A stretch of 64,000 nucleotides of DNA from a virus: IMG/VR virus record IMGVR_UViG_3300035670_000019, positions 99,031 through 163,030 of that record, one strand, 5' to 3'. Under the pieces are notes generated by a model that saw only the letters and a program-made list of their open reading frames with translations, was not told where the DNA came from and searched no databases. Positions 11,284 through 22,332 of the stretch are shown piece by piece. Within the stretch, counting starts at the first letter, position 1. Each line of letters opens with the position of its first letter. A program made the position numbers and the translations under genes.

Positions 11284-12056
11284 TAAGCGTAATTATACCA
11301 ACATATAAAGAACCTGAAGCTTTAAATTTATGTCTTCAATCATGTATTGAGGGCCAGGTTAATAAAAACCAAATTATAGTTGTTGTAGATGGGTTTTATG
11401 ATTTAAATAAAGAAGTACTTGAAAAATGGGCTGAATATATTGATGTTTTAAACTTAGAACAAAACGTAGGGTTATGTAGAGGTACTAATTTAGGTGTATA
11501 TAATGCTCAACATGATAAAATATTAATTGTTAATGATGATAATGTATTTCCTTTAAATTGGGATATTCACTTAGAAACAGATTATATTGAAAATTCATTA
11601 TTAACTCCTAATCAAATTGAACCATATCCTAGTATATTTAATCAATTTCATATTAAGGATTTAGGTAGGTCAATTGATACATTTGATTTAAAATGTTTTC
11701 AAGAATATGAAAAAACTTTAAATGAAATAATTTATAAGAAAACACCTGAAGAAACAGGCTCAACTTTACCTATATTCATGTCTAAAATGGATTATTTAAA
11801 AGTAGGAGGTTGGGATGAAAATTATGAATTAGGTATGGTTGCTGATTGGGATTTCTTTTTAAAATGCCATCTATCAGGATTAAAAATGCTTAGAACCTAC
11901 AACTGCCATTTCTATCATTTTGTATCATTATCCACTACAACCCCAGAAAAATTAACTTATAGACAACAATCTGAACAAAATGGTCATGAGTATGCTAAAT
12001 ATAAATGGGGTAGTTATATTAAACATAATCCCCAAAATAATTTGAAATCTTTATAA
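11280..12056 (+). CDS. GT2 glycosyltransferase (ATG 11280 preferred over 11247)
   Basis: MISVIIPTYKE, VVVDG, NDD, GGWDE...DWDF; ATGA overlap with the previous stop. Confidence 0.85.
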   Translation: MISVIIPTYKEPEALNLCLQSCIEGQVNKNQIIVVVDGFYDLNKEVLEKWAEYIDVLNLEQNVGLCRGTNLGVYNAQHDKILIVNDDNVFPLNWDIHLETDYIENSLLTPNQIEPYPSIFNQFHIKDLGRSIDTFDLKCFQEYEKTLNEIIYKKTPEETGSTLPIFMSKMDYLKVGGWDENYELGMVADWDFFLKCHLSGLKMLRTYNCHFYHFVSLSTTTPEKLTYRQQSEQNGHEYAKYKWGSYIKHNPQNNLKSL

Positions 12057-12108
12057 TTAGTTTGGCTTTCTAATTTCTTGATGTTATCTTTAGTAAAAAT
12101 TAAGATAC

Positions 12109-12667
12109 ATGGAATACAATCATAGTAATTATTATTTTTACTCACATTTAGATCCTAATAAAGAACCTATTGGTACATGTCGAGCAGGTACTTTAGGTAT
12201 AGCAACTTATTATTTTGCATCTATGAAGAGTATGAATGTTGAAGAGTTTTTAAAATTATATTCTATAAGTATAAAAAATGAATCTAAATAATTTTGGAAA
12301 TAGATTAAAAATTAATAGAAACAAACAAACACAAGAAAAAGATGTATTTGTTGAATTTATTAATATGTTAGATGAATGTTGGGCTAGAACTAATTTTCTT
12401 CATGATCATTTAAAAATTGATTTCTATAACTATGAAGAATCATATTATAGTATTATTGAAGATCTTATCTATCTCAAGTATGGAGATGAAGTAGGTGCTT
12501 TGATTTTATGGTATGTATATGACAGATTTGATTCTGAAGGTAATCTTCAAAAACTAGAAGTAACTATTCCTGGTAAAGATAAAAAAGTCTATACTCTTAA
12601 GACAGCTCTTGATCTTTGGAATCTAATTGATAAAATAAATAAAGCAAACCAAAATAATAATTTATGA
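12109..12667 (+). CDS. Two hypothetical proteins (12109-12291, 12278-12667)
   Basis: Overlapping ORFs downstream of the promoter at 12060. Confidence 0.7.
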
Positions 12668-13047
12668 GTAGACACTGTAAAGTATGTGATGTGATGATTG
12701 ATCCACGTAGAATTGCTATTCTGCCAGACACCCAAACCTGCACTCAGCATTCAACAGCTGAGAAGAAAGTAGCAATGGTAGTCCAAATGGGAGAAGGTGA
12801 TCATACATGGACTGAGACTTATGCTGTGGAAAGAGAAGTGTATGATAAGATTCAAGAAGCAGAAAAGAATTTTAGAAAAACAACTAATCCTACTCCTAAA
12901 GTAAAAAATAAATTAGTTGAAGAAGATGAATCATCTGTACTTGATAATATTGAGGAAGAAATTAATCTCCCTTTTGAAAATGAAGTAGATGAGTATGTTG
13001 ATAATGAAGATGATTATTCAATTGATGACCTTTCAGAAGAAGAATAA
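12664..13047 (+). CDS. DksA/TraR-type zinc-finger protein with acidic tail
   Basis: CKVC...IDPRRIAILPDTQTCTQH matches the TraR Zn-finger pattern; D/E-rich C-terminus. Confidence 0.7.
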   Translation: MSRHCKVCDVMIDPRRIAILPDTQTCTQHSTAEKKVAMVVQMGEGDHTWTETYAVEREVYDKIQEAEKNFRKTTNPTPKVKNKLVEEDESSVLDNIEEEINLPFENEVDEYVDNEDDYSIDDLSEEE

Positions 13048-13691
13048 TGCCTAAAGCAATACATTTAAGTAAAGAGCAAATTTTAGCAGCAATGGATAAG
13101 ACAAAATCTGTCCGTGCCGCGGCTCGTTATTTAAATATTTCATACCAGCACCTTAAAAAATGGATGAAGGTGTATAAGGATGAAAATGGAGTGACCTTAT
13201 TTGAAGCACATAAAAACCAATCAGGTAAAGGTATTCCTAAATTCTTATCAGCATCTCATTATAATAAAAAAGAACCAGCGTTATTAGATATACTAGAAGG
13301 CAGAGTTAATCCAGCTCACTTCAACCCTCAAAAGATAAAGTATAGAATGATAACTGAGGGTTATTTAAAAGAAGAATGTTATAATTGCGGATTCCATGAA
13401 CGTCGAGTATCTGATTATAAAACCCCACTTATCCTACATTTTAAGAATGGTAACAAACAGCATTACTCTTTAAATAATATGGAGATGTTATGTTACAATT
13501 GTTACTATTTGACAGTAGGAGACTTATACACAGACAAACAGCTTGAGGGATTAGAAGACCATAAACCAATGAATGAAAGTCATGTTGATTGGGAATTAGA
13601 TGATTATACTCTCCAACGATTAAAAGAGTTAGGTTTAGATAAATCTCATCCCCCTACCGATGATGGAAGTGAATTTATTAGTAGGCTTTAA
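13047..13691 (+). CDS. HTH plus HNH-like zinc-binding protein
   Basis: SVRAAARYLNISYQHL HTH; CYNC...LHFKNGN...N...LCYNC. Confidence 0.65.
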   Translation: MPKAIHLSKEQILAAMDKTKSVRAAARYLNISYQHLKKWMKVYKDENGVTLFEAHKNQSGKGIPKFLSASHYNKKEPALLDILEGRVNPAHFNPQKIKYRMITEGYLKEECYNCGFHERRVSDYKTPLILHFKNGNKQHYSLNNMEMLCYNCYYLTVGDLYTDKQLEGLEDHKPMNESHVDWELDDYTLQRLKELGLDKSHPPTDDGSEFISRL

Positions 13692-13705
13692 ATATTTATT
13701 GATAG

Positions 13706-13861
13706 ATGAAGAAGAAAAAACACGATAGTATTATTAATGATTATGACAAAATTAAGTCTAAACATCTTGATAATCTAGCTAGTAAAATGTTAGCTAATGA
13801 TGAAAAGATGAATAAACTTAAAGGTAAAGATATTAACCCTAAATTTTTAGACTTATTTTAA
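13706..13861 (+). CDS. Small hypothetical protein (51 aa, below ORF-track cutoff)
   Basis: MKKKKHDSIINDY...FLDLF*, preceded by ATATTTATT. Confidence 0.6.
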   Translation: MKKKKHDSIINDYDKIKSKHLDNLASKMLANDEKMNKLKGKDINPKFLDLF

Positions 13862-13862
13862 T

Positions 13863-14222
13863 ATGGCTATTGAGATTAACCTAAATAATAGTGACGAGTT
13901 TCAAGATATGATTGATAGGAAAGATTTCACTATAGCTAAAGCGGTGGTGGAAACCATTCTAGCCAATCTAAACACTCGCAAAAAGCATCTCCATGTACTA
14001 TCAGTTAATTGTTTAGAAGATGGGGCCACATATGATATTACTTTAGAAAAAAAGTATTTTGCTGAAACGTTACAAGAAAATTTAAAATACTATGTTGAGA
14101 AGGAACTTTATGAAGAATGTACTCAAATAGTAGAAGCTATAAACCAATTAAAAGAAAAACCAGATGGCACTAAAGACCCAGACACACCAAATAGAAAATC
14201 TAAGAAAAAAGAGACCAAATAG
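13863..14222 (+). CDS. Hypothetical protein with UVR (UvrB/C)-like motif
   Basis: YVEKELYEECTQIVEAI resembles the UVR E.YE.AA..RD pattern. Confidence 0.55.
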   Translation: MAIEINLNNSDEFQDMIDRKDFTIAKAVVETILANLNTRKKHLHVLSVNCLEDGATYDITLEKKYFAETLQENLKYYVEKELYEECTQIVEAINQLKEKPDGTKDPDTPNRKSKKKETK

Positions 14223-14298
14223 GCACTCAAAAAAGAAATCAAGCAAGATTAAAACAAGTAAAAATTATAAAAAACCTTATAAAGGTCAAGGTAGATAA
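14164..14298 (+). CDS. Very basic 44-aa peptide ending KKPYKGQGR
   Basis: Manual translation MALKTQTHQIENLRKKRPNRHSKKKSSKIKTSKNYKKPYKGQGR*. Confidence 0.6.
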   Translation: MALKTQTHQIENLRKKRPNRHSKKKSSKIKTSKNYKKPYKGQGR

Positions 14299-14316
14299 TA
14301 AATTTAAAATAAAGTT

Positions 14317-14614
14317 ATGAGTAAAAATTCACCAATTCAAAATTATGAATGTGCTAAAGCATTCGCTCAGGTTATGGAATCAATTCGTAAAAAGAATCAA
14401 CGCCAACAACAATCTAATCAACCTACACAAAAACTAGAAAAGTACCATCCTGCTTTAAAATACAATGGGCAGTAGTGTTCTAGCTTATTTTGATGAGATT
14501 CCTGATAAGTATTTAGTTTTAATGGCTGAGTATAATTGGGATAAGTTAGAAGAGTTGTGTATGCTTCTAACATTAGATATTGAAATAGCCAATCAAGGGA
14601 GGTTAAGTAATTAA
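14317..14614 (+). CDS. Two small hypothetical ORFs (14317-14475, 14465-14614)
   Basis: Manual translation; AAAGTTATG leader and overlap. Confidence 0.5.
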
Positions 14615-14658
14615 CCCTCTTGTTTGGCTTTCTAAATCTTTGATGTTATATTTAGGAC

Positions 14659-14961
14659 ATGAAAGATGAGATATTTAAAGTTAAAAGTTTTTATCCACCA
14701 ATGATAATCAACATTAGTGATAAAACATATATTTTACCTGTTTGGTTAAGAGTACCAAATGGGACTACTTTAAATCAAATTAAATGGGAAAAAGAAATAC
14801 CTGCTCCTAAATCTCAACCAAACCTAATTGAAGTAGATTCTAGTTCAGGTGGAGGTAAGTATCAAATTCAAAAAGTAGGTGACACCTATAAATGTAATTG
14901 TCCTGGTTATTATAGGAGTAAAGATCGTATCTGTAAGCATATTAAACAAATAATAAATTAA
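14659..14961 (+). CDS. SWIM zinc-finger protein
   Basis: YKCNCPG...ICKHI (CxC-xn-CxH). Confidence 0.75.
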   Translation: MKDEIFKVKSFYPPMIINISDKTYILPVWLRVPNGTTLNQIKWEKEIPAPKSQPNLIEVDSSSGGGKYQIQKVGDTYKCNCPGYYRSKDRICKHIKQIIN

Positions 14962-14965
14962 GGTT

Positions 14966-17316
14966 ATGAAAAAAGTAGGAAAAATCACTAACACATGGAA
15001 ACGAGCACTCCAACAAATCCGCTCAAATCAACTCAATGAGGCTATTGAGACATTAGATGAATGTTTAATGATTTTAGCTTTAGCAACTGAAGATAATACT
15101 GAAGATCTAGACGGTGTAAGTATTGATCTTTGGAAAACACGAGTATGGGTTAAATTAGAAGATTTAGACGCAGTACCAGCTTATGATCAGTATATCTAAG
15201 AAAAAACTAGTAAATGAAGACCCAGATAGAAAACCATACATTGTTTATAATGAACATCTACAAGTATGGGTGGGTCTGAAGAATGGAGGTAGAGTAGCTT
15301 TATTCTCAGATGAGTATGATGATGCAAAACCACTCCATTACGATCAACAGTTTAGAACCCTGCAGCGTGTAGCTGGATGTAAATTAGAAAAAGAATATAT
15401 ATGAAATTACTAATAGGAATAGGGATGGGAATGTTAGCTCAATTGCTTACATTCATCCAACTTCAAGGCAGATGGAAATTTCCTTGGATGAAAGATCACC
15501 CCCATATAGTTGTATGGTTAGGCATCCCTATTTCTTATATGTTCATGTACTCAGTTCAATGTATGGTAGAACATTTTGGAGGACAACTTTGGCCTTCTAG
15601 ACTAATAGGTTTTGCTATTGGAACTATTATTTTTACATTTATGTCAGTAAGTTGGTTTAATGAACCTATATCTATGAAAACAGGTATATGTTTATTATTA
15701 AGTATTTGTATTTTGTGTGTTCAATTATTTATGAAATAATATGGCTGAAAAGAAAGGTAATACAGTAAAATTAATTTATGATTTTCCTACTCAATTAAGT
15801 ACTGAGGTGTTTAGTGGTGGGGAATGGAGTCGAGCTACATGTCGATATTTTAGAAGTTTCAATGGCCCGAGACGTATTATGAAATTCAATAAACAAAATG
15901 AATCATACTATGAAGATTATAACGGCCCAGTCTTTTTATTTGAAACAAATATCAGGTTAAAAGACATGAACAAAAAAGGATATGTTTATCCTCATGATAC
16001 ACCTCCTAAAGCTAAGCCAAGACCTTACGAATATTTATAATTAACCAATGAAAAACCTAACCATGAACCCAACATCAGTAACCATGGAGTATATCATTAA
16101 GTCCGCCATTTATGAAAATAAAATGGAATTGATAACCCCATCTAGAGAGTATAGTGATAAAGAGGTTGCTTATATCAAAGGTTATATACAAAGTTTAGAG
16201 GACATATTAGAAGAATTATCACTTTTGAACAAAGAGGATTTGACTTCTACTTATAAGATATGTTTAAATTAGTTATAGGTATCGTATTTATACGGTACCA
16301 ATGGCTGAAAAATTATTAACATATCATTTTCATAAGATAGTTAAAGTAATTAGCTCATGCAAGAGTGAGGAACAGTTACTGACTACTAAAAAAATGATAG
16401 TTAATTTTACTTGGTATTGGAAAAGTAAAGGATTAGATGTTAAAACACTAGACCATTACTTAAAATATTTTAGCATATTGTTTAACTATAAAAAAAGTTC
16501 CATCTTAAACTATGAGTAACGAAGAACGCATCGAGGACATTTGCTACCATGCTTATCATAGAGGAGACTATGATCAATTAATAGAGTTGGTTATTGAAAG
16601 TGAAAAGAAAAATCCTCATAAACGAAGAATTGAACACTTTGAATATGCTAATTTTAAACTAAAAACTAGCTACATGCTAAAATAAATTAAAGAATATGTG
16701 GTTTATATTTGCTTTATTATTTGTTCTTATAATTGGAGGTACATTCATGGATTTGATGTACAGACTTGAAAAAGCGCCAAAACCTGAATCCAAGTATGTT
16801 CGAATTATACATTGGTGTTTAGTAGCTCTTTTTTATATTACTATTATATATTGGATTAGAACTTGGTAAAACAAGTTTGGCTTTCCAAGGTCTTGATGTT
16901 ATATTTATAGTATAATTAAAACACATGGAAAAGAATACCACATACAATGGATTATCAGAGCGACATGTAGCTCAGATTATCAGAAGAAAAATGATTCAAA
17001 AAGTTAAACCCTCAGGTAAAGCTTATAAAAGAGAGAAATTTAGGTTTATAGGTGAATGAAAAGGTTATATTTTTATAATGATAATGTTTATGTTATACTA
17101 AGAGCTATCCCTGTTAGTAACTTCTATAAAAAAGAAGAATTAAATAGAGAGTTTCTTAATGGTTGGAAAGAGTATTTAGGGGCAGACCATGTACTGAAAA
17201 CTGATACTCATTTTTTGTTTTGTGAGACAGTACCTGAACCTGAATGGAGTGAAGTTATAGATGAAATAATAGTTACAGATGAAGAACAGTTACAACCCGA
17301 ACAGCAAGATATTTAG
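14966..17316 (+). CDS. Run of small hypothetical genes, including a 4-TM DMT/EamA-like protein (15401-15739)
   Basis: Tightly packed + strand ORFs; hydrophobic helices and NEPIS motif in 15401-15739. Confidence 0.6.
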
Positions 17317-17821
17317 AACAATTGTTTTAAGTGGTGAAATAGATGAATCATCTGTTAAGGATGCTATTCAAACTATCTCATTTATAAATGAAATTGATAA
17401 TGGTAAAGATGAAGTTGAACCCATAAAACTAATCATTAATAGTTTAGGTGGTAATATACTTGATGGTTTTGCTTTAATTGGTGTTATAGAAAATTCATTT
17501 GTTCCTGTCTACACATATGGTTATGGATCAATAATGTCAATGGCATTACCTATACTAGTGGCTGGTGATAGACGTTTTGGACACCATTTAGCCACATTCA
17601 TGTACCATGAGTGTTTGGATAGTGTACCTTATGATAAAATGTCTATCATAAAAGAAAATATAGAAGAAACAGATCGATTAATGGATATGTACGATGATTA
17701 TCTCATCTCCAGAACATCACTGACTCAAAAGCAGTTAAATAAAGTTAAGAATAAAAAAACTGACTGGTATTTTGGCTCTGATGAAGCTCTTAGTTATAAT
17801 ATAATAAATGAAGTAATATGA
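17279..17821 (+). CDS. clpP: ClpP-like protease subunit
   Basis: LIINSLGG, IMSMA (Ser), FMYHE (His), TDWYF (Asp). Confidence 0.8.
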   Translation: MKNSYNPNSKIFRTIVLSGEIDESSVKDAIQTISFINEIDNGKDEVEPIKLIINSLGGNILDGFALIGVIENSFVPVYTYGYGSIMSMALPILVAGDRRFGHHLATFMYHECLDSVPYDKMSIIKENIEETDRLMDMYDDYLISRTSLTQKQLNKVKNKKTDWYFGSDEALSYNIINEVI

Positions 17822-20119
17822 AAGGAACACTTGAATTTGATTTAGATGATTTTGATGATCGTTTAGCCCATGAACGTTGTGTTAAATCTCTTGATATGGC
17901 TCTAGTGTTATGGGAAGTAATGACTAACTCATATCGTAGTTTAACTAATGGATATGCTGAAGATGATGCCTACCATAAAGGTGTAGATGCTGTTTATGAC
18001 CACCTAAAAGAACTATTATATGAACATAGTGTTGATGTTGATAAATTAATTCGATAAACATGCTTAATAATATTACCTACCCATTTAGAGACTTCTATCG
18101 CCGAGTAAAAAATGTACTACGATGGTTACCTACTATTTGGAAAGACAGAGACTGGGATGATAGTTACATAACAGAAATCCTAATTAAGAAACTTGAGTTT
18201 ACTAGAGACTTCTACCTATCAGGCAAAGCATATAGTGCTGAAGCAGAGAAAGTTGCTAGTGAGATAAAAGAAGCAATTGATCGTCTTCATATGACTCGAG
18301 ACAGTTGGGAATTTTATGAAGACTTAGCTATGGAACAGTTAGAGCAAAAATGGGGTAAAACAGCTTTTAGTTTTGAACCTTATAAGCATGATGAAAATGG
18401 CAATGTACTTTCATATGAAATGAAATCAAAGACTGAAAATGTTATAGACGCTGAAGATGAAGAGCAATATCGTAAAGAGTTTAGAGAAACACTTGATGCT
18501 GCTCGCAAACAGTATATGAAAGATAAAATAAAAGCATATAAATTTATAGCTAAAAATATAGATAAATGGTGGGACTAAAAAAGAAATTAACACTATGGTG
18601 GGAGAAGAAAACCAAATTCAATCCATATGGTGTTTGGCCTATAGGTGCTTGCCCTGTACAAGCAGAAGGTTATACTAAAGATGGTAAGTGGTACTATTTT
18701 CGATCTAGAGGGGGTCATGCTCGACTTGTAATATGTGAGTCAGAAGATGATTATAGTAACTGGCCTGACACTAAGTACTTATTCAAAAGAGAATTAGAAT
18801 ATGGAGATGGAATATCCCAGGCAGGATGGATGCATCATGATGATGCTGTACGTTTAGCCACAGTGTGGTTAAATGAATATTATGAAGTAATGCAAGAACT
18901 TAAATTAAACAAAAAGTGGTTAAAAAAACTACGTTCTTAATATTATTATTATTATGCTTTATAACTGGGTATGGTCAAACTAGACGCCCTAAAAGCACCA
19001 AAAAACCTACTATCCAAGATGTAATTGAAGAGAAAAAAACACCTGAGGATATATTAAAAGAAATATATAAAGCTAGGCTTGACTCAGCATCTCAATTATC
19101 TTATTCTTGTATTCAAATGTTGGTTGAGACTAAAATTGAACTTGATAGTGTTAGGAAACATAACCAAACATTGTATGTTATAATTGATAGACAATTAGAT
19201 ACACTTGAATCAGCTCGTAATAAAGAAAGACGAGCAATAAAAGTAATGCTAAAAGAACATTATAAAAAAAGATCATGGGTTAAAGCATTTATTGGTCAAA
19301 CTGTTTTTGTAATTGGAGGAGTTGGAGCATTTATAACAGGCGCTTGGGTTCCTATAGGAATGGGAGTATTAGCAGTTGAAATATTTTTAGTATTAGAAAG
19401 TAGATATAGTGAAGTTAAATTAGAAGATAATAAACAAGAAGTCAAACGATATAAAATGTAAATTATGTTAAATACAATTATTAGTATAGCTATTATAGCT
19501 TTTGGATTAAATTATTATTTTAAGTATCAAAACCTTAAAAAACAAATGACTACACCTCCAACCACACCAACAGGTGATGAACCAAATGATGTTTCACAAC
19601 CAACAAGTGTACCTGAGAAACAAATTGGAGACTAAAGTAAATAATAAGTTATGAATAAAGAAATTGAAATAACATCAGTACCCGAAGTGGTTGCTGACAC
19701 AAGACGAGTTTGTGAGATACGATTTGATTGTATGGTAACAATGCATGATGTTGCTTATAGAACATATAAGGGAATGTGGGGGCAGGAAAAACAATCAAAA
19801 ACACCTCAATGGTTTAAAGCCAATCATGTTCTAACATTAGAAACAGTTAAACATGCTGACCCATACAATTTGGGAATGAGAATTAAAGAAATGTTTCATC
19901 AACTAGAAAAAACAATAGAAAGTTATGACTGAAGAAAAAACATTAGTTGCAGACCCTGATGAAATTTTTACAATAGACAAGTATTATTCCACAAAATATC
20001 CAGGTTATTATCAACTAGGTGGAAGTGGAGGATTACAAATTTATCTTGCTAAAAAACCAAAATGGCTTCATAGAAAAATGATGAAGATATGCTTGGGAGT
20101 GGAGTGGATTAACAATTAA
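17818..20119 (+). CDS. Run of hypothetical proteins; 18916-19461 has signal peptide, coiled coil and TM hairpin
   Basis: ORF track and overlapping start/stop codons. Confidence 0.6.
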
Positions 20120-20132
20120 AAAACAACAAATT

Positions 20133-21140
20133 ATGATATCAGATGATTTCCAAATTGGACCTAACGGTGCTTATGAGCATGTAGGTAATCAATTAGACAT
20201 ACAATACCAAGACCTACTAGAATATATTCTAGACAATGGTGTTGAGAAAAAAGATAGAACAGGTACTGGTACCTTATCAGTATTTGGACATCAGATTAGA
20301 CACAACATGCAAGATGGGTTTCCATTGCTTACAACAAAGAAGATGGCTTGGAAACAAATTGTGACTGAGTTGTTATGGTTTCTAAGAGGTGATACCAATA
20401 TCAAATTCTTACATGACAATGGATGTCATATATGGGATGGTGATTATGCTAAGTCAGGCAGGACAGATGGTGAACTAGGTCCAATCTATGGAAAGCAATG
20501 GAGAAATTGGCATACAGGTTGGGATGTAGTTACTGATAACAGTAAAGAGGCAGGTGTAAGAAGGGTTGAGTACGGAATAGACCAAATCGCAAACCTAATC
20601 TCTGAACTCAAAACAACCCCAGACTCAAGACGATTAATGGTTAATGCTTGGAATGTAGGTGAATTAGATCAAATGGTACTTCCACCTTGTCATTATGGAT
20701 TTCAAGTTTATACAAGAGAGTTAAGTTGGGAAGAGCAAGTTCAATGGGTAATGAAGAATACTAATATTGAATTAGAAAATCTCTATATTGTAGAAGAAAT
20801 TGCTAAACCATCTACTCCTAAACGAGCAATCTCTTTAATGTGGAATCAACGTTCAGTAGATACATTCTTAGGTTTACCATTCAACATTGCTTCTTACGGG
20901 TTGTTATTAGAAATTATTGCTAAAGAGGTTAATATGATGCCTGATGAATTGATTGGCAACTTAGGTGATGTTCATTTATACTCAAATCATATTGAACAGG
21001 CAAAAGAACAGATTAGTAGAACACCTTATGATTTGCCTAAATTAATAATAGAACATAGTAGTTTAGAACCAGTTGAATTAGTTTATAAATTAGAAAACTA
21101 TCAATCACACCCAACAATTAAAGCGCCTTTATCAAATTAA
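20133..21140 (+). CDS. thyA: Thymidylate synthase
   Basis: DRTGTGT, FPLLTTK, ELLWFL, PDSRR, LPPCH, QRSVD..LGLPFNIASY, HLYSNH. Confidence 0.97.
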   Translation: MISDDFQIGPNGAYEHVGNQLDIQYQDLLEYILDNGVEKKDRTGTGTLSVFGHQIRHNMQDGFPLLTTKKMAWKQIVTELLWFLRGDTNIKFLHDNGCHIWDGDYAKSGRTDGELGPIYGKQWRNWHTGWDVVTDNSKEAGVRRVEYGIDQIANLISELKTTPDSRRLMVNAWNVGELDQMVLPPCHYGFQVYTRELSWEEQVQWVMKNTNIELENLYIVEEIAKPSTPKRAISLMWNQRSVDTFLGLPFNIASYGLLLEIIAKEVNMMPDELIGNLGDVHLYSNHIEQAKEQISRTPYDLPKLIIEHSSLEPVELVYKLENYQSHPTIKAPLSN

Positions 21141-21648
21141 GAAATTATATTAATATGAAACAGCTAGAAAAGTTAGTAGCACAAGGATATGAGGATTTAA
21201 CAATATCAAAACAAAACCTCATTAAACTTATTGATGAATATGGACATAATATACCATTACTTATTAATGATAGGAAAATATGGATTCACTTTACAGAATC
21301 TGATAAAATATTAATGGAATGTGATATAAGTGATGGAAGTGGTGTAGAATTAAATATTGAAGAAATATGAAATACAAAAAATTAACTAAAGAACAATTAG
21401 AAGAATATGAGAATAAAAAACTCACTTCAAAAGATATAATAGAAATGGAACAACGAGGTTTTAAAGTACCTTTAGCAGTAAAGTTACATAATTTAGAAAA
21501 AGGAGATAAAATAGAGTTTACTGAAGACATAATAAAAGATATGCTAAAATTTGCTATTGAAAGAGAGTATTATGAAAAAGCAGCATTATTGAAAACACAC
21601 TTAGACAATCAATCACACCCAACAATTAAAGCACCTTTAAGTAATTAA
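21100..21648 (+). repeat. Direct repeat of the thyA 3' end (21100-21140 and 21608-21648)
   Basis: 25 identical nt ATCAATCACACCCAACAATTAAAGC; both copies encode QSHPTIKAPLSN*. Confidence 0.9.
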
Positions 21649-22227
21649 GTTATGACATACGAAACATTTTTAAAAATAACACTTGAGTTACAAAAACAAG
21701 AGCGTATTGTAGACAACTTGTATGAAAACAAAATTGACCTACTTGAATTTATAGATCCGTATCACGGTCTAATCCATTTACTGATGAAAGAAATCTATGG
21801 TGAGGAAGGTGTTGATTGGTTCTCTTGGTTCTGTTATGAGAATGATTATGGTCAAGGGACATTAGAGGCATGGGATGAGAATAAGAACCCAATCTGTTAT
21901 AGTTTTGAATCGCTTTGGGAGTATTTAGAGAAACTTAGAAATAAATGATTATCATAGGTGTTATATTTATAACCAAACATATACACCATGAAAAAGACAA
22001 CCATTGTTTTGTTATTTCTTATTTTAATAACTAGTTGTCGACCATACACTTATGTCACATATAATAGAAAAGGACAAGGTGATGTAAAACTTAAAAAAAG
22101 CCTAATATACGATGACCCAGATGAAGGAAACCCATTGGTTAATCCAAGGTTTAGATCTGAAGGCCGACCTTTGAAACAAAAAAAATGGAGAATAAGGAAA
22201 GCTAAAGAAAAGTATAGAGGGATTTAA
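21155..22227 (+). CDS. Four small ORFs (21155-21370; 21367-21648 with UVR motif and ThyA tail; 21652-21948; 21988-22227 lipoprotein-like)
   Basis: EREYYEKAALLK UVR motif; LILITSC lipobox-like signal. Confidence 0.6.
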
Positions 22228-22332
22228 TCTATAAAAAATTGTAATCTATCTCATTTGTGATTATGAACATTATGCTGTTCATGATGAGGATAGAGGCTTG
22301 AATATTTATTACCACAATAAAATAACAAAATA

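Noticed and set aside
21100-21648. Diversity-generating retroelement TR/VR pair
   Set aside because: The repeat is only about 40 bp, differences are synonymous rather than adenine-specific, and there is no reverse transcriptase in the window.
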